Assembly: GCA_029261035.1 (NCBI GenBank)
Contig: JAJDCD010000023.1
Span: forward strand, 38,501 to 102,500
Length of the DNA: 64,000 bases
From: Candidatus Omnitrophota bacterium
GTDB lineage: Bacteria > Omnitrophota > Omnitrophia > Omnitrophales > JACROU01
Direction of reading: 5' to 3'
Under the pieces are notes generated by a model. The model was not told the DNA's origin, did no database searches, and saw only the letters and a list, made by a program, of their open reading frames with translations. Positions 1 through 8,847 of the stretch are shown here, in pieces. The translations under genes were made by a program, and so were the position numbers. Within the stretch, counting starts at the first letter, position 1. Each line of letters starts with the position of its first letter.

Positions 1-33
1 CCCTTCCTTTCTAATTTAATACTATATAAATAT

Positions 34-3000
34 ATGACTATGACACAGATTAAAAAACCCATATCCATCATTTTAGCTTTATGCTTTTTGTTTACCTTAG
101 TACCGGCAGAGTCCGTCTACGCTAAGCATCCCCCTATTTACTTAAGTTCCGTTCCTGCGGTTCCAGAGGAGTGGGCTTCAGTAAAACGCTTTTCTCCTTC
201 CAAAGCCTCTATGGGTAGAATCTATTTATTAGAAGATGCTCATGGTTACATTGAAGCACAAGAACGCGTTTTGGATTTGCTTTCCTTCCTGGAAGAAAAA
301 ACCCAAGTAGAGCTGGTCGGTGTCGAAGGAAGCTCGGAAGATTTTAATCTATTACTCTTCAGAAGTTTTCCTAATCTAGAAAAGAAGAAAAGTTGGGTTC
401 GAAACAAAGTGAGGGAAGGAGAACTTTCTGGGGCTGATGGTGCAGCGATTCTGAGCAACCAGCCCATGAAATACTTTGGTATTGAAGATGAGCAACTGTA
501 TCAAAAAAACCTCAATCGTTACTTTGATGTTCAACAACAAAAACCAAATAAGCAAATAGAGGCATTCGAAGAAAAACTGGATAAACAGTTATCTAGTAAA
601 CTGTCAACCACACTTCTAGAAGTTTTGAATTTAGAAGAAAGACTGCTTCATCAAGACCAGGCTCCCTATGAATGGATGAAACAACTTTGTTCTTATCAAG
701 AAATACTTCAGGCACCTAAGAAGTTATCTCATATCTTTTCTCTCATCAAGCGTACTGAAAACGATGAAAACTTCCACGAACCACTTCCAAAACTCGAACC
801 AGAAATATTTTTAGAAATAAAGGATTACTTTACCGAATTAAAACAAAAACTGATTCGGAGTGAAGATGAGGCAAACTTACTTAAAAGAAGAGACCAGTTT
901 TTAAGACTAAAACAGTTGCGTGACTTAAAACTAACACGTCAAGAGTGGGAAAATTTAAACAAAGATTTTGATGAACTTAGGGAGTTTTTTGAGATTCAAC
1001 GTTCTTATTACCAAACAGCCATTAAACGAGAACGATCTTTTGTTAAAAGTGCTCTAAATCAAATGGAAAGCACAAAACAGAAGGAAACCATTCTTCATGT
1101 TGGGGGTTTTCATACCCAAGGCTTAAAAGAAGCATTTTTGAATAAGAACTATGAAGTTGTTCAAATAACGCCAAAGTGGAAAAAAGAAAGAGAAAGCACA
1201 TATCAAGAAAGAATGAATTTGATTGCAAGCAGCAAGAGTTCCTTGAAAGAACCTTCTCTTGTGGGTGCCAACCTTTTAAGAGGCAGGGTCGAAGGAGATG
1301 TTCTGCAAGATTGGCTGAGTCATAACAATGCGGTTGAGTGGGGAGTTCAACTTATTTTTTCTGCTTATCGTTTGAGACAACATAAAGAAAAAAAGCTATT
1401 TGATTTGTTGGACAGGCTCACGAATCATTTAGATTCCACCACACCACGCCACGAAGGTGTAGCGTCAGCGAAAAACGGTGGATCAGTTCTAAAAGGAACA
1501 GAAAAGCTAATGACTAATGGTTATGAGTTGACCGCTAGTTTAAGTGAAGATGAAAAGGTTGTTGGAGCCAGTTTAGGTGTGAAGTTTTCAGAGAAGAAGA
1601 TCTTGATTGGAAGAATAAGAACGGGTTTCAGACAAATTGAGGAAGGTAGAGTGGAAAGAGTGGAGATTGGAGATGTGAGTTTGATTGTGCAAAAGAAAAC
1701 AGGTAGAAGTAACCATTCTTTTCCAACTCCAGATGGAGATCGTGTTAGAAAGTCCGTTAATTTTATTGCTTATGAAAATTTAGATGTAATTGAACTTACT
1801 ATTGTTAAGGGTGTTGAAGGTCAAATTACTTTAGAATTTTCTCATCAGAAAAAAGGAGAGGAGCCGAAAGTATCCAAAGTCCTTTGGAATGGAAAAGAAT
1901 ACGAAAGGGTTCTCAATAATAAAGAAAAAGAAAAACAGGCATTAATCAAAAAAATTAGAAAAGCATATCAGCAGATTAAAAGCGGAGCAGCAGAGGTAGG
2001 GGTTGGCGATATTGAGCCTTTGGTAAATCTAAAGTTTGGTTGGTTGTATAGAACATTTCCAACACCGGACGGAGGCGCTTTGAAAGATAAAAAGCCAGGT
2101 TTTAACGGTAGGAATATTAAGTCAATGGACCTTAAATTAATTGCCGCCGAGAACGGAGAAATTATTTTTGAACTGAGCTATGTAACAAAGTTGGGTGAAA
2201 CGGAAAAAACAATAATGTATTGGAAAGAGAATAGTTTGTTATCTGAAAAAGACTACCACTTAAACAAAATTATGAATGGGTTTAAGGACTTGAAAGCAGG
2301 TAACGAGAGAGTGCTTGTTGGAGGTATTGATTTTTTTGTGCGTAAGAAGCAAGGGGTCTTGTCTCATCTATTTCCTTCACCCGATGGGGAGCCTTTAGGA
2401 GAAGGGACATCTATTAGAAGTGGTCCTGATATTAAAACTCTCACATTATCTCTGCTAAAAGACAAAGCGAATCAAATATTTTTGGAGCTTCACTATACAA
2501 AAGAAAACGATGAAGAAGGGGTTTCAACACTTGTTTGGCATAACGGTAAGTATGTTCTTCCCATAAAACTACTGGATCAAAAATTCAGACAAGGTTTTTC
2601 AGATATTGAAGCAGGAGGAAGTAAGTTTGATATTGGAGAAGTTAGCCCTTTTTTTAACAAGGATTATGGTGTGTCTAGGCATACATTTCCTACTCCTAAA
2701 GGAACTGTTAAGAGAAATAGCCTTGTTCGTTTAGAGAAAAATCTGGACAGAGTAGAGCTTAAGCTTTTGAAAGTTGATGATGGGAGCCTTGTTCTTGAAT
2801 TTGAATATGAATTAAAAGGAGGGGCAAAGGGAAGTAAAAAAGTTTTTTGGAATGGAAGCAAATATGAAGCGGATGTAGAAAAAGCGGTTCGAAAAGTTAA
2901 AGAAGCATATAAAAAAGTTTATGCAGGAGAGCAAAAAGTAGTTATCGGTGATGCTAGTTTGTTAGTAAGTAAAGAAAGAGCTCATTTATATAGGGTATTT

Positions 3001-6000
3001 CCTATGCCTGATGGAAATCCACGAAGAGGATCACGTAATATTGGGATGCAATTGAATGTTCAGGAAATTGCTCTTACAGTACATCGGGGCGAGAACGGAC
3101 ATCCTACACTGGAATTTTTGTATAAAAAAGATGAAGAGGAGAAGATTCTTAAAATTTATTGGAATGGAACTTTATTTGAGACGGAAAAAGAACGGCTTAT
3201 CAACAAAATAAGAGCAGGGTTTGAACAGGTTAAAACACAGGGTCAAGAAGTTAGTATTGGTGATGTGAGTCTTCTTGTGAGTAAAACATCAGGAGGATTA
3301 CAAAAGACCTTCCCAACTCCGGATGGAGGACAAATAGACAAGCCAAAAAGATTTGGAATTAGTGAAGATTTGGAGCTGATAGAACTTACTATCGAAAAAG
3401 ATGCTCAGAGCCAAAACATTTTATTGAGATTTGACGCTAGAAAAGTAGGTGAAACTCGTTGGAGTAAACCTGTTGTTTTAGTTTGGGATGGTACAAAATT
3501 TACAACAGATCGAACTAAAAACGAAGTAAATAAAGAGTTAGTCGTACAAAAAATCAAAAATGCATTTCTTGAACTCCAAAAAGAAAAGAAGAGCATTGAC
3601 ATAGGAAATGTTACCCAACTGGTTGGATCTAAAGTAGGATACCTCTATAACATTTTCCCTACTCCGGACGGAAATAAAGTGGGAAAGCCAACAACTGTAG
3701 GTCTTGGCGTTAACATTGAATCAATTAGCCTAAAAATAGAAAAAGACGAGGAGCTTGTTTTAATATTTACTGTAAAGGGAAAAAATAAAGAGACAAAAGC
3801 AGTTCGTGTTTATTGGAATGGTAAAAATTATGAAAAAGAATATAGCCGATTTTTAAGAAAAGTAAGAGAAGGGTTTCGTCTGATTTCAAAATCTGGTACG
3901 ACAGTAGTTGAATTAGGAGATGTGAGTCGAATTGTGAATACGCAAGGAGGAACTGTTTATAAAACCTTCCCTACGCCGGATGGAGCTACTATAGGAAAGA
4001 ATTTCTCTTTAGGGACTGGGGGAAAGGTTCAAGGTATTGCGTTAACCTTAAGAAAAGAAATCAAAACTGGGAGAATATTGTTAGAGTTTAATTATACAAA
4101 AATAAAAACAAAAAATGTTTTAAGAACACAGACTCTTTATTGGAATCCAAAAATTAAAACTTATTTGCCTTATGTCAAAGAAACCCAACAAGAAGTTTAT
4201 GAATTTAATCTCGAGGATGAGTTTGACGGAGCAAGTTTGGGGGATCAGTTTGATCAAAAGAAATTCGTGATTGAGCGAATTCAAAAAGCATATAAGCAAA
4301 TTGCAGACGGGAAACAAAAGGTAGATGTTGGAGATGTTAGTGCTCTCATTGATTTAAAAAAGGGTTTGTTTATTCCCCGATTTCCTGCCCCTGATGGAAG
4401 TAAGAAGCATGGAGCTCAGGCAGTTGGAATAGGACATCATGTGAAGAGGGTTTTATTAACTTTGTTGAAGGAAAATGAGACCTTAGTTTTTAAATTCACT
4501 TATTTAAAAGAGGGTAGTAGTCAGTACCAGGAAACAAAATTGTATTGGAATGGAACTAATTTTCTTCTGACACCGAAGTGGACTAGAGTGAAAATTTATA
4601 ACGCATTTGATGCTATTAAGCCAGGAGAAACTATAAGCATTGGAGATGTTAGCTCTGTTACGAACAAAGAAAGGGGCTGTTTGCTTAAGACCTTTCCTCT
4701 TCCTAATGGAGGGCGCTTAGGGAAAAACCAAACCATTCTGAGTCAAAAGAATAATGATGTTATTAGTTTGAAAGTAATAAAAGAAACGGAAGAATTAATA
4801 CTGGAATTTAGTTATTCCTCAAAAAATGACAATAAAGTGAGGCGAACTCGAATTTATTGGAATGGTTCAGCGTATGAATTAGAGCAGGACTGGAAGATTC
4901 GAAGAATAAAAGAAGCTTATAAAAAACTAAAAGAAGGGGAAGTTAAAGATATTGGAGATGTGTCTTCCGTTATTAATATAGAACGGGGGCTATTTCAAAG
5001 TGCTTTCCCCACCCCTGATGGTAGAAGGATAAAAAAAGTTTATACAGCAGCAATAGGAGCTGATTCCAAACAAGTTTGGATGAGGGTCAGAAAAGAAAAT
5101 GGAGATTTAACCTTAGAGCTTGATTACGTGAAAGAGAAAGAGAAAGGAACGCAAATTTTATATTGGAACGGAAAAAAATTTGAAACGGATTTTGAAAGAA
5201 AAATACGAAATATTCAGGAAGGTTTTCAGCGTGTTCTAGAAGATAAGACTTCAGTTTTTTCTGTTTTAAATATTGATTTTTTAGTGAATCAGAAGTATGG
5301 ATACTTTTTGCGAAGGTTTCCAACTCCGAATGGGCGCCAAATTGGAAATGCAAAATTGCCAGGATTTGGATTGAATGTCAGAAACATACAGTTAGATGTT
5401 ATTAAAGAAGATAGTGAAATGGTGCTTAGCTTTAATTATGACAAAGAAGGAAAAGATACAAAAAGTACATTGAAACTGTATTGGGACGGACATAAGTATT
5501 TGTCCGAAGAAGAAAAAAAAGGCGAAAATAACTCAAAAGAAGTTTTGATTAGAAAGATTCGTAAAGGGTATGAAGTATTACAAAAAGACGAAAAACAAAG
5601 CATAGAAATAGGGGATATCTCTTTGCTTGTTAGCATGCAAAGAGGAAAATTCAGATCTTTCTTTCCTACTCCCGAAGGAGGGAAATTAAAAACTATGGCT
5701 TCGTTATATACAGGAGTGCGTTTAGAATCTTTAACATTAAACCTTAAAAGAGAGGGTGAGGATATCGTTTTAGAGCTTAGCTTTAAAAGACAGGGAGATA
5801 CTTCTTTGAAAAACATCCAGCTTTATTGGAATGGCACTGAATTTGAACAGTTTAAGGGAAAAAGAAGCAAGATGAATGAAAAGCAGGATTTGTTAAAAAG
5901 GATAGCGGATGGATTGAAGAAGGTTCGCAAGCAAGAAGAAGACACGGTTGACATTGGAGATGTTAGCTCTGTAATGAATATGAAGTTTGGTATGATTGCT

Positions 6001-8568
6001 ATGGTTTTTCCTGCCCCGAATGGAGGGAAAGTAGGTTTTCAAAAAACATTAGGTATGGGAAAAGTAGAAGTAATTACTTTAGAGATAACAAGAGAGTCAG
6101 AAGAGTTGGTTTTGCTATTTAAATATGAGGGAAAAAATAAGAATGGAATGGCTAAACTTTATTGGACAGGTCAGGAGTATGTAACAGGGCAGCAAAGACA
6201 GATGGAATTTGTGCGAACCAGTTACGAAAAGCTTGAAAGAGGGGATGAAGTAAGAATTCAAATAGAAGAGCATGAGTTTTTAATTAATAAAAGACATGGG
6301 TTTTTACAGGGAAGTTTTCCTACTCCTGATGGAAAAGAGATAGGAGAAATGTTGTTTCCATCTATGGGAGAAAATGTGGAGTATTTAGATTTTTTTCTAA
6401 TAAAAGAAGAAAGTACGATTTTACTTGAATTCCACTCACGTCAAAAAGGAAAAAAAGAAACGATTATTTCTAGACTTTATTGGAATGGAACAGAGTTTGA
6501 AAGTGATAAAGATATTGAGGTTGGAAAAATCAAAGAGGGGTTTGAATTTCTCTCAAGGGGAATACAGCAAAGGTTTAATGTTGGTCCCTTAAATGAATTG
6601 ATTTCTAAAGGATATGGGAAGCTTCAAGCTGATTTTCCCACCCCTGATGGCAATAAAGTAGGTAGGGTGAAGCCTATGAGCTTAGGACCGAATTTTAAAG
6701 AAATTAGTTTAGAAATATTATTAGAAGAAGGGCAAATAGTTTTGTTTTTTACTTATACAGGCGAAGGAGAAAAAGAGCAAAGGCAAGGAAAAATGTATTG
6801 GGTCCACGATAAGTATTTAACTGAAAAGGAGATGCAAAAACATCGATTAGCTGAAGCGGTTAAAGCGGTTTATAACGGAAGTTTAGATCAATATGAAGTT
6901 GAGGATGTAGTCCTTTATGTGAATAAATCAGTGGGACGACTTAACAGAAGCTTCCCAACTCCCGAAGATGGGGTCGTTGGTAAAATGAAAACAATCGGCA
7001 TAGGAAAGCCGAATGCAGAAGTGAAATTTACAGTTAAAAGAGATGTAAAAACTCAAAAGTTACAACTAGTCTTCAAGTACAGGAAAGAAGGAGAGGTGGG
7101 CTTTAGAGAGGGTCCTGTAATCTTAACTTGGAATGGAACAGAATATGAAACGCCCAAAGAGATAGAGTTGCGTTTAATTAGAGAGGGTTTCCAAACGATT
7201 CAGAATGGAAATCTGAAATCTGTAAGAGTAGGAGAGCTCAACGAATTAGTCTCAAAAGAATATGGAAAACTACAGGGAGATTTTCCTACTCCTGACGGAA
7301 ATAAGATTAAAAGAATAAAATCCTTACGGATGGGCCCTAAACATAGCTATATTGCTTTAGAAATTACCAAAGAAGAAGGTGGGATAGTTTTAATTTTTGA
7401 TTACATCTTGCATGGGACAGCGGAAATAAAAAAAGGGAAGCTTTATTGGATTGATGGCACTTATTTAACTGAAAAAGAGTTTCAAAAGCATAGATTAATT
7501 AAAGCGATTGATGACGTTAATAACGGAGCTCTTTCTTTTGCTGAAATAACAAAACTGGATTATTTTTTAAATTTTAATTATGGGGTTTTGAACGAGACAT
7601 TCCCAACTCCGATAGGAACGAAAATAGGAAAACAACAATCACTTGGAATAGGGGGTCTTCTGGAATCAGTGAAACTAATTGTAGAAAAGGAAATAAGGAC
7701 TCAAAGATTGTTGCTAAAGTTTATTTATAAACGGAAGGGAGAAGCTGATTATCATCCTGAACCCGTCATTTTGTTTTGGAATAAAAAAACAAACAAGTAT
7801 GAAAAATATGTTCGCGAAGTTCAACAAGATGTTTATGAATTTGATCCCAATGAGGAGTTTGAGGGAATGAGTTTGGGAACTCGGTTAGAACGTTACCCCA
7901 AACCAATTCAGGAGGCTTTAAGGCTTGTTAACTTTTTAGATCGAGAAAATATAAATTTAGATTTTTTAGGGCAATATGTGAAACAAATTAGAACGACTGT
8001 AGCGGATCCGTCTGTTTATCAAATTATGGATGTGGTTACGTTTAAAGATCGGATTCGAGATGAAGAGTCTTTGTTAAAGATGGTTCGTATGATTGAGGAT
8101 GGCGGAAAAATTGAAGTGGCTTATAGTGAAGAGGAGCGAGAAGAAGTTCGAGGTTTCTTGAAAAAAGGTGGCTTGCTTCATGGATCATTTAAACATTATT
8201 TCAGAGATGTTTTTGTCCCATACTCAGAATTAGGAAAATCGAATCTGTCTAATTTGATCAAGGTTGTGTTGGTTGATGAGAAGAATATGGGAAGATTGAA
8301 TCAGCTAGAAGAAGACTTTTTTAAGGTGGGTTATGAGAGTCGGTGGTTGGATTATATTCCTGGAATGACAAGCATGCTTTCCAATATCAGCATTGAGGCG
8401 GCTCGAATGAAACGAGAAGGAGTGCCAGATCAATTGGCCCAATATGTTCAAAGTTTTTATGAGACGGGAACAAGCTTCTCTCTTCAGGGAGGAGTCTTGT
8501 TTTTGGATGTGGTTGAAATGTTGAAGACGAGTATTGTAAGGGATCGAATGATTGCGAGGGCGGCGTAG
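34..8568 (+). CDS. Giant secreted tandem-repeat protein (2,844 aa); N-terminal signal peptide, ~400-aa N-domain shared with the 25701..30785 protein, 19 x ~140-aa repeats, unique ~250-aa C-terminal domain
   Basis: Uninterrupted 8.5-kb ORF. N-terminus MTMTQIKKPISIILALCFLFTLVPAESVYA is signal-peptide-like. The motifs FPTPDG (and variants FPSPDG/FPAPNG/FPTPEG) and YWNG recur 19 times at ~140-aa spacing. A terminator-like palindrome follows the stop codon. Confidence 0.85.
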   Translation: MTMTQIKKPISIILALCFLFTLVPAESVYAKHPPIYLSSVPAVPEEWASVKRFSPSKASMGRIYLLEDAHGYIEAQERVLDLLSFLEEKTQVELVGVEGSSEDFNLLLFRSFPNLEKKKSWVRNKVREGELSGADGAAILSNQPMKYFGIEDEQLYQKNLNRYFDVQQQKPNKQIEAFEEKLDKQLSSKLSTTLLEVLNLEERLLHQDQAPYEWMKQLCSYQEILQAPKKLSHIFSLIKRTENDENFHEPLPKLEPEIFLEIKDYFTELKQKLIRSEDEANLLKRRDQFLRLKQLRDLKLTRQEWENLNKDFDELREFFEIQRSYYQTAIKRERSFVKSALNQMESTKQKETILHVGGFHTQGLKEAFLNKNYEVVQITPKWKKERESTYQERMNLIASSKSSLKEPSLVGANLLRGRVEGDVLQDWLSHNNAVEWGVQLIFSAYRLRQHKEKKLFDLLDRLTNHLDSTTPRHEGVASAKNGGSVLKGTEKLMTNGYELTASLSEDEKVVGASLGVKFSEKKILIGRIRTGFRQIEEGRVERVEIGDVSLIVQKKTGRSNHSFPTPDGDRVRKSVNFIAYENLDVIELTIVKGVEGQITLEFSHQKKGEEPKVSKVLWNGKEYERVLNNKEKEKQALIKKIRKAYQQIKSGAAEVGVGDIEPLVNLKFGWLYRTFPTPDGGALKDKKPGFNGRNIKSMDLKLIAAENGEIIFELSYVTKLGETEKTIMYWKENSLLSEKDYHLNKIMNGFKDLKAGNERVLVGGIDFFVRKKQGVLSHLFPSPDGEPLGEGTSIRSGPDIKTLTLSLLKDKANQIFLELHYTKENDEEGVSTLVWHNGKYVLPIKLLDQKFRQGFSDIEAGGSKFDIGEVSPFFNKDYGVSRHTFPTPKGTVKRNSLVRLEKNLDRVELKLLKVDDGSLVLEFEYELKGGAKGSKKVFWNGSKYEADVEKAVRKVKEAYKKVYAGEQKVVIGDASLLVSKERAHLYRVFPMPDGNPRRGSRNIGMQLNVQEIALTVHRGENGHPTLEFLYKKDEEEKILKIYWNGTLFETEKERLINKIRAGFEQVKTQGQEVSIGDVSLLVSKTSGGLQKTFPTPDGGQIDKPKRFGISEDLELIELTIEKDAQSQNILLRFDARKVGETRWSKPVVLVWDGTKFTTDRTKNEVNKELVVQKIKNAFLELQKEKKSIDIGNVTQLVGSKVGYLYNIFPTPDGNKVGKPTTVGLGVNIESISLKIEKDEELVLIFTVKGKNKETKAVRVYWNGKNYEKEYSRFLRKVREGFRLISKSGTTVVELGDVSRIVNTQGGTVYKTFPTPDGATIGKNFSLGTGGKVQGIALTLRKEIKTGRILLEFNYTKIKTKNVLRTQTLYWNPKIKTYLPYVKETQQEVYEFNLEDEFDGASLGDQFDQKKFVIERIQKAYKQIADGKQKVDVGDVSALIDLKKGLFIPRFPAPDGSKKHGAQAVGIGHHVKRVLLTLLKENETLVFKFTYLKEGSSQYQETKLYWNGTNFLLTPKWTRVKIYNAFDAIKPGETISIGDVSSVTNKERGCLLKTFPLPNGGRLGKNQTILSQKNNDVISLKVIKETEELILEFSYSSKNDNKVRRTRIYWNGSAYELEQDWKIRRIKEAYKKLKEGEVKDIGDVSSVINIERGLFQSAFPTPDGRRIKKVYTAAIGADSKQVWMRVRKENGDLTLELDYVKEKEKGTQILYWNGKKFETDFERKIRNIQEGFQRVLEDKTSVFSVLNIDFLVNQKYGYFLRRFPTPNGRQIGNAKLPGFGLNVRNIQLDVIKEDSEMVLSFNYDKEGKDTKSTLKLYWDGHKYLSEEEKKGENNSKEVLIRKIRKGYEVLQKDEKQSIEIGDISLLVSMQRGKFRSFFPTPEGGKLKTMASLYTGVRLESLTLNLKREGEDIVLELSFKRQGDTSLKNIQLYWNGTEFEQFKGKRSKMNEKQDLLKRIADGLKKVRKQEEDTVDIGDVSSVMNMKFGMIAMVFPAPNGGKVGFQKTLGMGKVEVITLEITRESEELVLLFKYEGKNKNGMAKLYWTGQEYVTGQQRQMEFVRTSYEKLERGDEVRIQIEEHEFLINKRHGFLQGSFPTPDGKEIGEMLFPSMGENVEYLDFFLIKEESTILLEFHSRQKGKKETIISRLYWNGTEFESDKDIEVGKIKEGFEFLSRGIQQRFNVGPLNELISKGYGKLQADFPTPDGNKVGRVKPMSLGPNFKEISLEILLEEGQIVLFFTYTGEGEKEQRQGKMYWVHDKYLTEKEMQKHRLAEAVKAVYNGSLDQYEVEDVVLYVNKSVGRLNRSFPTPEDGVVGKMKTIGIGKPNAEVKFTVKRDVKTQKLQLVFKYRKEGEVGFREGPVILTWNGTEYETPKEIELRLIREGFQTIQNGNLKSVRVGELNELVSKEYGKLQGDFPTPDGNKIKRIKSLRMGPKHSYIALEITKEEGGIVLIFDYILHGTAEIKKGKLYWIDGTYLTEKEFQKHRLIKAIDDVNNGALSFAEITKLDYFLNFNYGVLNETFPTPIGTKIGKQQSLGIGGLLESVKLIVEKEIRTQRLLLKFIYKRKGEADYHPEPVILFWNKKTNKYEKYVREVQQDVYEFDPNEEFEGMSLGTRLERYPKPIQEALRLVNFLDRENINLDFLGQYVKQIRTTVADPSVYQIMDVVTFKDRIRDEESLLKMVRMIEDGGKIEVAYSEEEREEVRGFLKKGGLLHGSFKHYFRDVFVPYSELGKSNLSNLIKVVLVDEKNMGRLNQLEEDFFKVGYESRWLDYIPGMTSMLSNISIEAARMKREGVPDQLAQYVQSFYETGTSFSLQGGVLFLDVVEMLKTSIVRDRMIARAA
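1590..7800 (+). repeat. Array of 19 tandem ~140-aa protein-coding repeats (consensus landmarks IGDVS..LV...FPTPDG...L.L...LEF.Y.K......LYWNG..YE)
   Basis: Read directly from the translation. A higher-order duplication is visible: the block ending TQQEVYEFNLEDEFDGASLG (~nt 4180-4250) recurs as VQQDVYEFDPNEEFEGMSLG (~nt 7820-7880). Repeats 16-17 and 18-19 are near-duplicates of each other. Confidence 0.8.
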
Positions 8569-8602
8569 TGACTGTCACCAGGCTGCGTTCTCGCAGACCA
8601 TG

Positions 8603-8626
8603 GTGACTGTCACTACGTTTTTTGGC
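8603..8626 (+). terminator. Rho-independent terminator candidate after the giant gene (GTGACTGTCAC hairpin + T6)
   Basis: gtgactgtcac at 8603..8613 followed by tacgtttttt. A second copy of the palindrome overlaps the stop codon at 8568..8578, with a ctgcg-ttct-cgcag hairpin between the two. Confidence 0.5.
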
Positions 8627-8725
8627 AAATGAGTTATGTCATTCCCTTGGAATGCGGTAATCCAGCGTTGGATGACAGAGGGTGTTTTTTATAGGAGTGC
8701 TTAGTATTTAAGTTACAGTGCCATT

Positions 8726-8749
8726 GTGCCAGGTCTAAAGACCTGGCAC
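8726..8749. repeat. Family F hairpin (GTGCCAGG...CCTGGCAC), copy 1
   Basis: gtgccaggtct-aa-agacctggcac forms a perfect 11-bp stem. The same GTGCCAGG/CCTGGCAC core occurs at 54201..54252 and 61195..61235. Confidence 0.6.
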
Positions 8750-8769
8750 GACAGTCGGACCTTTGTCTA

Positions 8770-8827
8770 GGGGACACGCACTTTTGTCACAATTGCTCTC
8801 GCAATGGTTACAAAAGTTTATGTCCCC
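8770..8827. repeat. Family C imperfect-palindrome repeat (~58 bp), copy 1
   Basis: ggggacacgcacttttgtcacaattg...caatggttacaaaagtttatgtcccc. Near-identical copies lie at 35863..35919 (reverse), 45500..45559 and 60992..61048. Confidence 0.7.
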
Positions 8828-8847
8828 GGCTTCCTTTTTGTTTTTCT

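Noticed and set aside
5087-5816. Antisense ORFs inside the giant repeat gene (e.g. 5087..5353, 5436..5816) and inside nuo, gltB and KS genes
   Set aside because: They are low-complexity translations of the reverse strand of clearly coding, well-supported genes, with no ribosome-binding sites or motifs.
8568-8626. The paired GTGACTGTCAC palindromes after the giant gene as a regulator operator
   Set aside because: The second copy followed by a T6 tract is more simply explained as an intrinsic terminator. The operator idea is retained only for the intra-operon arrays.
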